64,000 bases of DNA from Eledone cirrhosa (Eukaryota), in the NCBI GenBank assembly GCA_964016885.1, contig OZ024750.1:23126001-23190000 (forward strand), in the 5' to 3' direction. The position numbers and the translations under genes were made by a program. Position 1 is the stretch's first letter; each line of letters opens with the position of its first letter. Positions 1 to 15,111 of the stretch are shown here, piece after piece. The notes under the pieces are model-generated. The model was not told the DNA's origin, searched no databases, and saw nothing but the letters and a program-made list of their open reading frames with translations.

Positions 1-189
1 TTCTATAAAATATTTGCTGTATATACGCTACTAATGTATTGAATATCTTACCTACTGTAGTTACCCCCCCATTGAACAGACATACGTGGTTGCTGTGGAC
101 ACGTCTTTTAATAGCTCTAACTTTTTTCTAACTCGTTCTGATTATTATTTCTTTTCAGATAAATTATGACAGTCATCAAGCTAACTCAG

Positions 190-709
190 CAAATGAAAAG
201 GCACAGAGAAACACCAAGCGCCTGGGATGTTTTGTTTTTCTCTGCTGAGGAAAAACTTTGATCAGGACAAAAAGATCACCCGAAGGAATGACAGATGGTT
301 ATGCAGAGATCCTAAAGACGTCCCAACGGCCATGCACAGTTTCCAGCAACTGTGATTGTTCTGAGAGTCGTGACCAGCGAATGAGATTCCAATGCCTCCT
401 CACTTATTTCCTCAAGGCCTAAGGGTCAATGCTGCTGACTATAAGGAGGAGGTGTTGGTGATGGTTGTGAAGCCATGGATAGACAGCGTGAGCAAATGAA
501 GACACCTACCAACAAGACTTTGTGCCATCCCATCAGACCAAAACGACCCATAATCTCTACGATTATGTCACCCCAAACATATGGCCTCGCAGCTCTTCAG
601 ACTTGAATCCGTTGGACTACAAATAATGGGACGCAGTCGAGAGGGAAGTCAATCAACGCCCTCATAGCATTATACCTTCTCTGAAGTCCGACATAACTGT
701 AGCACAAAG

Positions 710-759
<50 letters not shown>

Positions 760-947
760 TCTGAGTCGAGCATGTCAAAGTTTCACATCTCGCATTGGAT
801 GTAGACGTCGATGCTACGGTAGATTCATTACGTAGATTCGCCAAGAAGAGTCTTAAAATTATGTATGCCAATGTTTTTCGCAAATAAAGCTCTTCTTTCA
901 TGAATTATGCGTGTTTTACTAAGTTCATACAAAACTGAGGCACCCTG
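190..947 (+). pseudogene. Decayed Tc1/mariner (maT/DD37D-like) transposase with right TIR
   Basis: Frameshifted translation gives FFSAEENFDQ..RNDRWLCRDP, PPHLFPQGLRVNAADY, VVKPWID, QQDFVPSH and WPRSSSDLNPLDY. The element ends in CACCCTG|TA (941-949), the reverse complement of TA|CAGGGTG. It is interrupted by (TA)n at about 714-757. Confidence 0.8.
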
Positions 948-974
948 TATGTCTGTACTTATATATATATGTAT

Positions 975-1049
<75 letters not shown>

Positions 1050-1370
1050 ATACTCTAAACGTTCTGCTGTGGTTTCTGGTAAAACGACAACACTAACCGT
1101 CTGTGTTGAAATCAGAGAAGAAAGTTATCTCAAGTAAATCTAGGTGCAAGGAGTTGCGTGAGAGAGAGAAATAATTTACGAAAATCGTGTAATTATCTGA
1201 TGGAAAGATGTGTGCATTCTGTGTCAATAAGGTGCTGTGTTCTATTAACTGGGTATTTTTTTCTTTTTACGTTTAGGCACTTAAATAAGGATGTCGTTAT
1301 GACATACGGCGGACCTCGGGCACTTGAACCTGGAGGATCATCCCTCATTAGGTCTGAACGCAACTGATTT

Positions 1371-1420
<50 letters not shown>

Positions 1421-1576
1421 ATTGAGTCGACACCAGTACAGGACTGGTACAATTATTTATCTACCTCGAAGGATGAAAGACAAAGTTGACCTCGTCTATT
1501 AACAATACAGTTGCGAAATCAAGGTTGCCATTCCATGAAAATAAGATCAATGACGTATAGGAGAGATAAGTGAACG

Positions 1577-1591
1577 ATATATATATATATG

Positions 1592-1663
<72 letters not shown>

Positions 1664-1684
1664 CATATATATATACATATACAT

Positions 1685-1715
<31 letters not shown>

Positions 1716-1730
1716 CATATATATATATAT

Positions 1731-1817
<87 letters not shown>

Positions 1818-1853
1818 CATATATATATATATATACATATATATATACATACA

Positions 1854-1885
<32 letters not shown>

Positions 1886-1912
1886 CATATATATATATAT
1901 AGTTATATATAT

Positions 1913-1987
<75 letters not shown>

Positions 1988-2020
1988 CATACATATATAT
2001 ATATACATACATATATATAT

Positions 2021-2055
<35 letters not shown>

Positions 2056-2076
2056 CATATCAATATATATACATAT
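1577..2076. repeat. Compound (TA)n/(TACA) microsatellite
   Basis: Directly visible; source of the spurious IY-repeat ORFs. Confidence 0.95.
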
Positions 2077-2611
2077 AAACCCACAGTGGTTTAATTGGCC
2101 TCATATAGGGATTGCTTCATACAGGAGGTTTCTCGGGGATTTTATTGATAAAAGCACTCGCTGTATCATGAAAAGTCCCACGAAAGTGAACCTATGACCT
2201 TAAGATTGGTCATACAATTCCTTGACTAGAAGTCAAAACTTCATCCCGCCTATATTTCAGTTCCCTGAAATGATGAAAGGCGAAGCTGGTGCCGGTGGGA
2301 TTTGAACTCAGCACACAGAGTACTGGAACAAATATTGCAAAACATTTACACCTACATCACCATCATCCTCATTATCGTTTAACGTCCATCTTCCACGCTA
2401 GCATGGGTTGGACGGGACTGTTCCACTTGAGGCATGATTGATCGGGTGACCGTGTCTCACTCGTATAGGACTGTATCTGGCAGGTTTTCTACGGCTGGGG
2501 GCCCTTCCTAACAACAACCACATATACAGTGTGGACCGAGAGCCTTTTTACCGAGTCTCCAACACGACCACTTTACAGTATGGACACCTAACCTCTAACA
2601 ATTCTGCCAGC

Positions 2612-2846
2612 TGACCATACATTGTCTCGTGTTGACCATACATTGTCTCGTGTTGACCATACATTGTCTCGTGTTGACCATACATTGTCTCGTGTTGACC
2701 ATACATTGTCTCGTGTTGACCATACATTGTCTCGTGTTGACCATACATTGTCTCGTGTTGACCATACATTGTCTCGTGTTGACCATACATTGTCTCGTGT
2801 TGACCATACATTGTCCAGTTTTGGCCATACATTGTCCAGTGTTGGA
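2612..2846. repeat. 21-bp minisatellite (TGACCATACATTGTCTCGTGT) x about 11
   Basis: Near-perfect tandem units with no unique spacers. Confidence 0.95.
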
Positions 2847-3393
2847 CAATGAGCTAATAATCAACATCTATTCACATCTACTTCACTAATAACATGAATT
2901 CTATAAGACCAGAGATGGACATATCAAAATACAACTAACTCTATGTCACCATGGTAACATGCCTTTAATTAAGTTGATGATCTATGTAAATGTTATTAAT
3001 TAGGACAATGGCTTCGTAATATCCGTTAAATATGCTATCTGGATTGTGTGTATGTTTGGGCGAAAGCACGGCCATGTGGTTAAGACGTTCACATTACGTA
3101 CTAAGAGGTTTGGGGTTGAACATCACTGCAAGGCACCTTAGTGTAGATTGTTTAAGTACGTTTAATGTGCATGATGACTACACCACTGACCTTAGGCAAG
3201 TATCTTCTTCCACAGATTTGATGCGACAATCACTATTGCAATACTACTGCAATCACCAATACTGCTGCATAAATCACCCCCATCACCACCACTACTGCAA
3301 CAATCACCACCACCTTCACCACTACTGCAACAATCACCACCACCAATATTACGATAGTTACCACCACCATCACTACTACTACTACTATTACTA

Positions 3394-3445
<52 letters not shown>

Positions 3446-3616
3446 AGTGACATTGAACAGTTTAAAACAGAAACTATTCAACAAATAATTATGTAGTTAA
3501 TCATAAAGTTTTTAATTAGTTGGTGTAATTAAATTAAATAAACTTACAGATGGGAAGATGGAGAGAGGGGGGGGGAGGCAGATAGAAGACAGACATGGGC
3601 GGGGATAGATAGATAG

Positions 3617-3670
<54 letters not shown>

Positions 3671-4237
3671 TACATTTGCTATGTAACACACATCGGCACA
3701 TGAGTGTGTGTGTGTGTGCGTGTTAGTTTGTGTGTGTATGTGTAAGTGTGTGTGTGCGTGTTTGCGTATGTGTGTGTGTGTGTGTTTGTGTGTATGTAAG
3801 TGTGTGTGTGTGTGTGTGCGTGCGCGTGTGTATGTAAGTGCGTGTGTGTGTGTGTGCGTGTGTGTGTGTGTGTGTGTGCGTGCGTGTGTGTGTGTATGTG
3901 TAATCACCATCGCCTCTGAGACTCACCATTTCCAACAGAAATGCTAATATAATAAACACAGCTATTGATGTCTAAATTACTTTCTATAACTATATACACA
4001 AACACACACATACGCATACACCCATACAGACACACGCGCCTGTACGCAGCTTTCTAAAAACTTGGTTACTGATCTGACATGAACTATACAGCCATCTAAA
4101 GTTACTTTACACACTGTATGGTTTGTGTTGACCTGGAATTGTTGTTTAACCCCAAGTCAGCCTCATTGGGGGTAAACCTATGACCCATACTACCATGTCA
4201 ATTTTTGTACTGATATATATATATATATATATATATG

Positions 4238-4434
4238 GGTACAAGTAGGACCCCGACAGCAGAGCTCAAGCCGTTTCGACGGCTAATTCTGGACGGTCCA
4301 GAATTAGCCGTCGAAACGGCTTGAGCTCAGCCGTCGGGGTCCTACTTGTTCCTATCACCCACTCTACAACGCTAAGTATTCAGTACTTTGATGCGTTATG
4401 GTCCATCTGGTTCCTTACCACATTTCCTTCGTTA
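4238..4434 (+). mobile_element. Fold-back element family A (57-bp inverted arm, 1-nt loop, arm plus tail) in (TA)n
   Basis: 4238-4294 is the reverse complement of 4296-4352. Further copies at 4662, 8345, 9156, 9335, 16860, 30842, 44052 and 63076. Confidence 0.85.
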
Positions 4435-4507
4435 TATATATATATCCCGGGTTCAATCGGGGGTAACCATAGTAAGTAAGGTATTCAATACAAAGCAGAG
4501 TAGAAAT

Positions 4508-4558
4508 GGCTTCTACAGGACTAGAACTGTTTCATTCGGGAGAAATCATCAGGAAGCC
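4508..4558 (-). ncRNA. Type I hammerhead ribozyme
   Basis: Minus strand reads GGCUUC CUGAUGA UUUC-UCCC-GAAU GAAA CAG-UUCUAGUC-CUG UA GAAGCC: 6-bp stem I, intact core, 3-bp stem III, GUA cleavage triplet. Confidence 0.8.
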
Positions 4559-4572
4559 CAGGTCTTCCTGAT

Positions 4573-4663
<91 letters not shown>

Positions 4664-4794
4664 AACCAGTAAGACCCCGACAGCTGAGCTCAAGCCGTTT
4701 CGACGGCTAATTCTGGACTCTATATATATATATATATATACATATATCTTGCAAGCAGGGAAAAGCGGACGTAAAATGATGATGATGCTATAAG

Positions 4795-4962
<168 letters not shown>

Positions 4963-5426
4963 TGTGCGTGTGCGTGTGCGTGTGTGTGTGTGTGTCGAGT
5001 ATGGCTTGGTAGTGTGTAGTATGCTTTCGCTAAGGGTTTTACGTGTTCAAAGTAAATCGTGGATGACACGTTCACTCTCTTATTTCCCCAGCTCTTGATA
5101 CAAGATGTGATAACTGGAAGGAGCGGGATAATATTTCTCTCAATCTTACATACAAGACTCATTAATAAAAAAAACATTAATAAAACGGTAATTTGAGAAT
5201 GTGTTTTGATAGGTTCCTCTATCTCTCTCTCTATTTCTCTCTCTCTCGTTCTCTCTCTTTCTTTCTTTCACCCACACCCACACCCACACCCAATATTGAC
5301 AAGATGGTCAGTGGTCAAACTAAAGCTATCCATAGCTATCTATCCACCTACCTACCGACCAACCTACCAACCTACATGTCTTTCAACAACTATTGACGTA
5401 TATTTATCAATGTATCACTTTTCAGA

Positions 5427-5465
<39 letters not shown>

Positions 5466-6021
5466 ACCACGAGTATCAATAACAGCCCCAAGTGAGACAG
5501 ACAAACAGACAGCTAGATAGATATATAGGTAATACCAGGATTACTGATTACGGTACTCTCAAAGGACAACCCTACGATCGACCTACTGAAGTAAACATCT
5601 TGCTGAGTCGACCACCGCCGAATGCTGAAACAGTCCTCGTTGTAGGTTACTCTAATCCTGAACTAGGGAAACCGAAAAAAATATCTCGTATACCTGTACA
5701 CCCAGGGGCTTCGTTAACCTTAGAAATGTGAGGTGGACAAACCAACATTTGTTGATTCATAAAGGAACATGTTAGTATTGCTTACGGTGCCTTTCCCGGA
5801 CCCTATCACATAAGTAAAATTTTATGCTAATCAAATTTTATATATTCAAATGAAGTTCAGATATAAAAAAAATAAGCTTAAAAAGAATTTATTATATCAA
5901 ATAAACAAAAAATAAAACATAGACGGTTGAAAAAGTGTGTGTGTGTGGGGTCCCCTGGTACCCCCCCCCCCTGAAACAAGGCTCTTGTGTATACCTATAT
6001 ATATAGGTAAACATACCTAAT

Positions 6022-6205
6022 ATAATTGTTTCTACTTTTGGCACAAGGCCAGCAATTACCCAGTGCATTACTGGTACTTTATTTTATCGACCCCGTAAGG
6101 ATGAAAGGCAAAGTCAACCTCGGCGGGATTTGAACTCAGATCGTAAAGGGACGTAACTATGCTGGAAAGCATGGCGTCCAACCCTCTACCGATACTGCCA
6201 ATCCA
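6022..6205 (-). mobile_element. tRNA-derived SINE (family 1)
   Basis: Reverse complement of the copy at 17508-17694; A and B boxes present. Confidence 0.85.
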
Positions 6206-6237
6206 ATATTAAATATATATATTCAGTTCGGACTGGT

Positions 6238-6278
6238 CCGAGCTAAAGATCCGCATAAGGTGAAACAATTGTTCTCGG
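6238..6278 (+). ncRNA. Degenerate type I hammerhead (G5A) in TA-flanked element 6222-6376
   Basis: CCGAG CUAAAGA UCC-GCAUAA-GGU GAAA CAAUUG UU CUCGG. Same family as the fold-back at 8137-8257. Confidence 0.65.
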
Positions 6279-6394
6279 TATGGTGAACTAACTGTTGTGT
6301 TACTAATTCTACCAAACTCGTCCCATGGACTGAGTGCTCTACCACTACGGATATTACCTTCCAGTGTTCTACCTTTATATATATATATATATAT

Positions 6395-6619
6395 AACTTA
6401 ACTTTGATAACTTTGATAGGTTTCGGCCAGTATTGGCCCAAGCCATGTCTAACTTAATAGCACCAATTGGCGAAGTCTTACAGATCAGGGTTTGGGCACC
6501 ATGGCCCACTCGAGCAGAGAGTTATTGTTTACGAAGGCATATCCGGGTGTAGGAGGCTTATCCGGGATTTCTTGAAGGAATTTGTCCAAAGACCTCTTGA
6601 ACTTGATGGGGTCTGTTTC
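6395..6619 (-). mobile_element. 3' end of a CR1-group LINE
   Basis: Minus-strand translation ETDPIKFKRSLDKFLQEIPDKPPTPGY..NNNSLLEW, followed by a GGCCA/TGGCC stem-loop and a (TATCAAAGT)2 tail. Confidence 0.7.
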
Positions 6620-6823
6620 TATATATAATATAGAAAAGGCTTTTCTATATTAAATATTTATACTCAGCTATGTATTGAGTACCTTACTTACTGTGGTTAC
6701 CCCCGATTGAACCAGTTATATATATATAACTAAAAATTGCCTTCTGTGTTTTGTTTGTTCATTTTTCAACTGTATATATATATAAAGCTCATACACTTTA
6801 TACAAAAAACAAATGCACGCACG

Positions 6824-6927
<104 letters not shown>

Positions 6928-8136
6928 TTGAAGAGACAAATTTATTACATATGGGGGTTTGACTGTCACTTCAAGTTTTGTCTCTCGGGGTTTATTGAAA
7001 CAGTTAAACACAATACAGAGTCTGTAGATATTTATACAGGAATCTATCTATCTATATATGGCATACAGGTGCATGGTGATGGTGATGGTGAAGGTGTTGG
7101 TCTTTGGGGAGATTTACGTATGTGAGTTGACTTATTTTGGTGAGGTGTCGTGTCAGATTGAGGTAGTAAATTAATTCGCATGGAGTTGAAAAGTCCTTTA
7201 AATAGGGAGTGTGTGTGTGTATGTATGTATGTATGAATGTATATATGTATGAATGTATATATGTATGTATATTAACACACACCACACACAGACGCACACA
7301 TATATTTATATTTATATTTATATATACTTTGATACTTTGCAGATTAATTTAATCCCTTACAGAGAAACCTTTGTTTTGCAGCTCACATATATCATATAAA
7401 AATAAAATAATGTATATATCCATATATAGTATACACATGTATAATATCCATATATAGTATACACATGTATAAATTATATTTAATATATATTATCTATATA
7501 TAATATATGTCCGTATATCATGCACGTCATCTCACAATACAAAAAGGGAATTGGTCGCTGGTAGCAAATTAAATTATAATCCCACATGTTTCTAGTTCAA
7601 ATATTTGAGAGAGTGACGAGATTAAAGGTGCTGCAAAGAGGTGAGAAAGGTGTGGTGGGACACTCACCCCCGGGGAACAAGATACGTGGCTCGCCACTTT
7701 CGTTTGTCCGGGTATCTAAAGGTCGACTGATGGTTCAGGAAGCGCTCCTTAAACCGGCCCTCCGCCATACCTACATAGTATTTGACCTCTAATTACCTGC
7801 TAATTAACGTGTGGGCATCAGAAATGTCTTTGTCCACTCGGACGCTGAATTGTAAGCTACACCACTGGATGTGATTAAGGGCAGAGTAGGTGTTATGAGG
7901 AAAGGGTTTTGTGAGGCTGTCTCTTCTCTCTCGGTGCAAAATTCTTTCTGGCCTATTATGTCTATTAATTAATGGATGGTGGTCCACAAATGTGTCTTTG
8001 ACCCCTTCTCCCCGGAGGTAGGGGGGATGAAAGCCCTTGTTACGCCACAAGACTAGAGGCGGATAACTAACACCCCGGAGAACAACAATCCTCTAAATCC
8101 AAGTAGTGGAGCACTCAGTCCATGGGTCGAGTTCGG

Positions 8137-8257
8137 TAGAAGTTAGTTCCACAACAGTTAATAAACCATTATCGAGGACACGTGTTTCACCTTGCGGATT
8201 TTGGTGAAACACGTGTCCTCGATAATGGTTTATTAACTTTTGTGGCACTAACTTCTA
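8137..8257. mobile_element. Fold-back pLTR-like element with HHR 3' half
   Basis: About 55-bp inverted arms. GAAA CACGTG TC at 8206-8217, with the hairpin apex inside stem II. Tail on the left is homologous to 6310-6350. Confidence 0.7.
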
Positions 8258-8307
8258 TATATGTATGTATATATTTGTAGTAAGGTTGCTTGGATGCGTC
8301 CATAGGC

Positions 8308-8344
<37 letters not shown>

Positions 8345-8346
<2 letters not shown>

Positions 8347-8482
8347 CGAAGGAAATGTGGTAAGGAACCAGGTGGACCATAACGCACCAAAGTACTCAAT
8401 ACTTAGGGTAGTAGAGTGGGTATTAGGAACGAGTAGGACCCCGGCGGCTGAGCACAAGCCGTTTCGACGGCTAATTCTGGAC
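8345..8482 (-). mobile_element. Family A element, single arm plus tail
   Basis: Reverse complement of 4296-4434; ends exactly at CTGGAC. Confidence 0.85.
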
Positions 8483-9072
8483 TACCAAAGTATATGTGAG
8501 TATATATATATATATATATATACTCACATATACTTTGGCATGTACCTGTCTGAGGTAGGGCCAATGACGCTGTTAGAACTCCATGTAACAAGGAAGTAAT
8601 AATCCAAACGAGATCAGGTGATAAGAGTTTTTTTTTGTGGCAAGATATCATCATTTTATATTTCGTTGAGTAATCAAACGAGCTACTACAGAGTCATACC
8701 CCCCCCCCCCCACACACACATATATATATAGGTTGGAACATTGGAAACAAAAGCCGAAGTTTAGTACTTAATTAGGAAGATGGGGGAAAAAAAAACTTAC
8801 TCCACCACTTAATTTTAAATCTTTAATTTTTAGTTTTAATTCCTATTAATTCTTTTTAATTGTAATACTGAACATATGATAAGATGAATTTTAATAATAC
8901 ATCGAAACCGGTAACACTTTATATACTTTATATACTTTATATATATTATAAAACTTTTTTTAAAAAGAATTGTCCCTCATTTTTTCAATAATGTCACTTT
9001 GACGAATCAAAGAAATGAAAAAAAAAAAGAAAAACAGACCCCAAAATATATTTTCCGTGCTATTTCCAACTT

Positions 9073-9155
<83 letters not shown>

Positions 9156-9157
<2 letters not shown>

Positions 9158-9391
9158 AAAAAGTATGACCCCCGCGTCCAGAAATAGCCGTCGAAACGGC
9201 TTGAGCTCTGCCGTCGGGGTCATACTTTTTCCTATTACCCACTCTACTACTCTAAGTATTGAGTACTCTGGTGCGATATGGTCCATCTGGTTCCTTACCA
9301 CAATTCCTTCGTTATATATATATATATATATATAGGAACCAGTAAGACCCCGACAGCTGAGCTCAAGCCGTTTCGACGGCTAATTCTGGAC
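9156..9391. mobile_element. Two family A elements (9156-9314 plus strand; 9335-9391 arm only) separated by (TA)n
   Basis: Similarity to 4238-4434. Confidence 0.85.
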
Positions 9392-9703
9392 TATATATAT
9401 ATATATATATATATATATGCATATATGTGTATATGTGTATATATGCATAAATGTGTATGTGTATGTTAGACCACCCTCCACTTTCCACACAGGAACACAC
9501 TTTACTGAAACAATGTCGGAAATAGCCTAAGACATCAAATTAAAGAACATCTGTTGAAAGTTATTGTTAAGAAGTAATGTTGCTATTCAGCTAAGAAACA
9601 ACACAAGAACGGAATTACACTACAATCATTGACATTTAACACAAACGACGACGATGGGGGTACTGAGTCTATTTCCTCTCCTGAAGCGGTGGTGGTGGTG
9701 GTG

Positions 9704-9763
<60 letters not shown>

Positions 9764-9794
9764 ACAACCCTAGTTAATATGTTGGAATTAAGTA

Positions 9795-9967
9795 CCATAT
9801 TTCCCGGCGCCGAAGACGTTTCGTCCTCGAGGACGCACCCTAATTTTGACAACCAAAAATGTGAAAAAAAAAAAAAAATAAAATAAAAAAAAACCCTCAG
9901 AACTCATGGTAGATTTTTGAGACTTATTTTAGGAAAAAAGTAGCGTCTTAGACGCCGGGAAATACGG
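9795..9967. mobile_element. MITE (Tc1/mariner/pogo-type) with TA target-site duplication
   Basis: TIRs CCATATTTCCCGGCGCCGAAGACG and CGTCTTAGACGCCGGGAAATACGG (21/24 match); TA on both sides. Confidence 0.8.
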
Positions 9968-11193
9968 TAACTACCATTCATATTCACTTATTGAACCAGG
10001 GCCGGCGAAGGATTTCAGTCATTATGAGATTTGAAACATCCTCATCCTCCACCTTATTCTCTTCATTTCGCTCCCCACAGAACAAGGACAGACGGCTCCA
10101 AGGCCTGTCAGGAGCCTAGCCTGCTCCCTGACCAGGCTAGGCATATGTCTGCCAGGTCTTGACAGATCTAACATACCTCCTAGTGTCCTCCGCCCCACCA
10201 CATGATGACTTCCACCGGAGAGAAGCTATCGCTTGCTCGTACTTCATATCATTTCTATTACCCTTACTGTACAGGTGGGTTTTGGTTAGGATTCGAACGC
10301 TCTGGAATAGCGGTAAGGTAAATGACCCTGGAATAGCGGTAAAGTAAAGGACCCTTAACGTAGGGACGCTGTCATGACATACGGCGTATCTTCGGCATTT
10401 TAAACTTGGCGGAACCCATCCCTCTCCAGGTCACCACAGCTGGTTTCTTCTTCTTGAAAGAAGAAGAAGAAGAAGAAGAAGAAGAAGAAGAAGAAGAAGA
10501 AGAAGAAGAAGAAAAAGAAGAAATACGAAACGAACATTTAAAAAAATCATCGACTCTCAGTTCGTAATTTATCGGCTGTTTACGTCCTCTCGAGTGCCAA
10601 ACAATAGGGGGAGGGGGGAATAAGTGGGTCTAGTGGTGGAATAAACCGGGGTGTTGGGAGAAGCGGTGGTGTTGGATTTAGCGGGAGTGGGGAGGTGGGA
10701 GACATCGGTAACTGTTCTAGGTTGACTCCGTTGGTTTTTAAAAAAAAAACAGAATTAGTCGTTCAGTTTACATATTGAGACCTCAACCCATCCTATTTGT
10801 TTTATAACGCACGAGATTTCTAGTAATGTACTTTTTTGTCATGTATGATGTTTTTAAATGTCTAAAGAAAATTAATTGTTGCAGGAATGCTACCAATTAA
10901 AATAAAATTTCGCCGGAGAAAGATTAATAAAATTTAATAAGCTGGATGGGGTGTGGATGGAATAAGAGCGGGGGTGTGTGTGTAAAAATGTGAAAAATTA
11001 ATAAGCCGGGGTAGGGGAGGTATTATTCGAGTCCCGAGAGTAGTTCAGGTCGTGATTGTAATGAAACTGGATCGGCACTGGCATGGCAAATAGTGTGACA
11101 TTGTAATGAGGTGTGTTTTTTTTATTGGACTTCATTTAGTTTGACACACTGGCTGCAATGTCACATTGACACCGTGACAGTATGATCTGGATG

Positions 11194-11227
<34 letters not shown>

Positions 11228-11239
11228 TTGGATAGATAG

Positions 11240-11780
11240 ATGGGTTTATTACCAGCTTGAAATCTATATTTTACGTCTGGCCTCAGCCAGTTACCAGCTG
11301 TGCTAGATGGGTGGGGGACCTACAGTTCCCATCTGTCCTGGACCCATTACTAACTTGGTGGGGGATAACATTTTACACCTGACCTGAGTCTACTCCCAGC
11401 TTTGGCAAGGCTACATTTTACATCTGGCGTGTGTCTATTACCAGCTTCGGCAGAGTTAAATTTTACATCTAGCCTGTCTATTACTAGCTTTGGAGGTCCT
11501 ACGGTTTACATCTGGCCAGAGTTTATTACTAGCTTTGACTCGGCTACATCTGGCCAGAGTTTATTACTAGCTCTGACAGGGCTACATCTGGCCAGAGTTT
11601 ATTACTAGCTCTGACAGGACTACATCTGGGAAGAGTTTATTACTAGCTTTGACAGGGCTACATCTGGCCAGAGTTTATTACTAGCTTTGGCAAGGCTACA
11701 TCTGGCCAGAGTTTATTACTAGCTTTGACAGGACCACTTTTTACATCTGGCCTGGGTCTTTTACTAGCTTTGGAGGGACT
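11240..11780. repeat. Degenerate 36-42 bp minisatellite (CATCTGGCCAGAGTTTATTACTAGCTTTGACAGGGCTA)
   Basis: Tandem units clearest at 11508-11730. Confidence 0.85.
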
Positions 11781-12129
11781 TATTGGCTTGCGACCAACTT
11801 CTTAGCATGGTCTGTTCATAATAATAGTAAAAAGAAAAAGTTGAATTATTCAAATGTAGATACATATATCTTCCAATGTTACAAGTAGCTGTGTGTGAGT
11901 AATAACCAAATCGAGTATTTCCGGCAAAACACATCTGATTCAAAGTAGGTTTCTATATATAAGATGTCTTGCATAGATTTATGAGTAGAGCAGTGTATAT
12001 ACATATATATATATATATATATATACATACATTGAAGTCCTTCACACTCGCACACGTCACCTTTTGATGAATATCTCTCCTCTCTATCACAGTTTTCATT
12101 ATCTTAAACGTTCTCGACAGTAAAACCGC

Positions 12130-12194
<65 letters not shown>

Positions 12195-12211
12195 TGTGTG
12201 TGTGTGTGTGA

Positions 12212-12250
<39 letters not shown>

Positions 12251-12303
12251 CTGTTAAGAATATTGAATCATTAATAACGAGTGCATGTTTTGAGATTACT
12301 GTT

Positions 12304-12368
<65 letters not shown>

Positions 12369-12659
12369 TCACCAGTAGTAGCAGCAGCACATGTCACCTT
12401 TGATATATATATGCTGCTATCGTAACCCTCTGCTGTGGTGCATGTTTCTCTGAGGCATATCATTTTTTTAACAAAACAAAAGCGAAAAACGGCGAGGTAT
12501 ATGAGATATATTTGTTTAACGATAAATGGGTAAAACCTCATAAATAAAGAGAAAGGTCAAAAAAGTTGATTCCTGCCAAAAGAAGATAATAACCCTCTTG
12601 TCTTCTTCACTCATCAGTCTTGGTTTCTTAGCATGGGTTACATCACAATGCTATAAGAG

Positions 12660-13295
12660 TGAACTGGCTGGGGCTTATCACCAGCTTCAGCAGGGTTACA
12701 TTCCCCATCTGGCCTGGGTTTATTACCAGCTATTTTCAGCTTTGGCAAGGACTACATTACACATCTAGCTTGGGCTTATTACCAGCTATGGTTGGGCTAT
12801 ATTTCACATCCGGCATTGGGCTACATTTCACATCTAGCTTGGAGTTGGACCTATTACCAGCTATGGTTGGGTTATATTTCACATCCTGCATCGGGCTACA
12901 TTTCACATCTAGCTTGGGCTTATTACCAGCTATGGTTGGGTTATATTTCACATCCGGCATCGGGCTACATTTCACATCTAGCTTGGGCTTATTACCAGCT
13001 ATGGTTGGGTTATATTTCACATCCGGCATTGGGCTACATTTCACATCTAGCTTGGGCTTATTACAAGCTGTGGTTGGGCTATATTTCACATCCGGCATTG
13101 GGCTATATTTCACATCTGGCCTGGGTCTATTACCAGCTATGGTTGGGCTATATTTCACATCCGGCTTGGAACTATTTCCAGCTTTAGCAGGACTACATTT
13201 CACATCCGGTCTGAGCCTATTACCAGCTATGATTGGGCTCTATTTCACATCTGGCTTAGGTCTATTACCAGCTTTGGCAGGGTTACATTTCATAT
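12660..13295. repeat. 63-bp (21+42) higher-order minisatellite related to 11240-11780
   Basis: Repeated GGGCTACATTTCACATCTAGCTTGGGCTTATTACCAGCTATGGTTGGGTTATATTTCACATCCGGCAT. Confidence 0.85.
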
Positions 13296-13486
13296 CACGT
13301 TTTCCTAATTGCTGCCATGCCACACATTTTTCACACATACTCCGTCTATTTGTATTCTGATCCTAAATTCAATTGTAGTCTACTTGTGTGTGTGTGGTCT
13401 ACTTGAGTGTGTGTGTGTGATCTACTTGAGTGTGTGTGTGTGGTCTACTTGAGTGTGTGTGTGTGTGTGTGTGATCTACTTGAGTG

Positions 13487-13830
13487 TGTGTACACCAATG
13501 GAATGATGGTAAGCTTTAAGGAAACAAGCAAAGAAAAAACAGAGAGGAAAAAGTGGGTGGTTATGTTTTTGACCCAGAGACGGACGTAGTAGCATGCTGC
13601 CTCATTGCCCGCCCGCCAAAACATAGCACCCACTTTTTCCTCTCTGTTTTTTCTTTGCCTGCTTCCTTAAAGCTTACCATCATTCCGTTGGTATACATCT
13701 ATAACGCAATTTACACCTGATGAGGTCACCGGGTTCTTACGCAACCTGGCCACTGAAATGTGCATAGTGTTTAGAGTAATAATAATTAAGAAAATTCAAC
13801 ATATTTGGCTTCCTATCATTTCACTTTATA
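13487..13830 (+). mobile_element. Fold-back element (about 85-bp arms, 13487-13697) followed by an HHR and (TA)n
   Basis: Inverted arms with a few mismatches; HHR at 13713-13770. Confidence 0.75.
13713..13770 (+). ncRNA. Type I hammerhead ribozyme
   Basis: ACAC CUGAUGA GGUCA-CCGGGUU..AACCUGG-CCACU GAAA UGUGCA UA GUGU. Confidence 0.8.
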
Positions 13831-14326
<496 letters not shown>

Positions 14327-14739
14327 TAGTATTACTATATCTAATGAAATTAGCATAAAAAATGTAATTAAGAAATATTTCTGGTATGATGTAGAGACAT
14401 TAACTCAGTGACTCATATCTAAAGCATATATCTGCTCACCAATTTGGTATCGTTCTAACATTTTTTCCTATTTCTTGTTTATTCATTTTCTTACCCTACT
14501 TTGATAAAGAGTTTAACCCAAAACGTCACATTCTTCTCTTTCTATCCGGCATAAATATGTCAGCTCTACACACATTGCTCATGTTTTTGTGTATATATAT
14601 ATTTTGTCAACGTATCTTTTTTTTTTTTTGTCATATTTTCTTTACTTTGTTTTAACCAATTGTTTGCTGCCTTGTCATGTTGTGTCATTTTTACACACAC
14701 ACACACACACAGACAGAGACACACACAGATATACACACA

Positions 14740-15010
<271 letters not shown>

Positions 15011-15020
15011 TATATATATA

Positions 15021-15107
<87 letters not shown>

Positions 15108-15111
<4 letters not shown>

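Noticed and set aside
1461-2197. IY-repeat ORFs (and similar IY, CV, HT, ER and LS ORFs throughout)
   Set aside because: Dinucleotide microsatellite artefacts.
2612-2846. CRISPR-like array
   Set aside because: Contiguous 21-bp units with no unique spacers, no cas genes, eukaryotic context.
5580-5650. Possible hammerhead (CTGAAGT...GAAACAG..TTGTA)
   Set aside because: Core mismatched and stems I/II out of register; too degenerate to call.
8345-8482. HDV-like ribozyme in family A (UUCG hairpin followed by CUAAU)
   Set aside because: Could not build P1, P3/L3 and P1.1 of the nested double pseudoknot.
10585-11042. Possible second MITE with CTCTCG termini
   Set aside because: Terminal inverted similarity is too weak and the left TSD is not clear.
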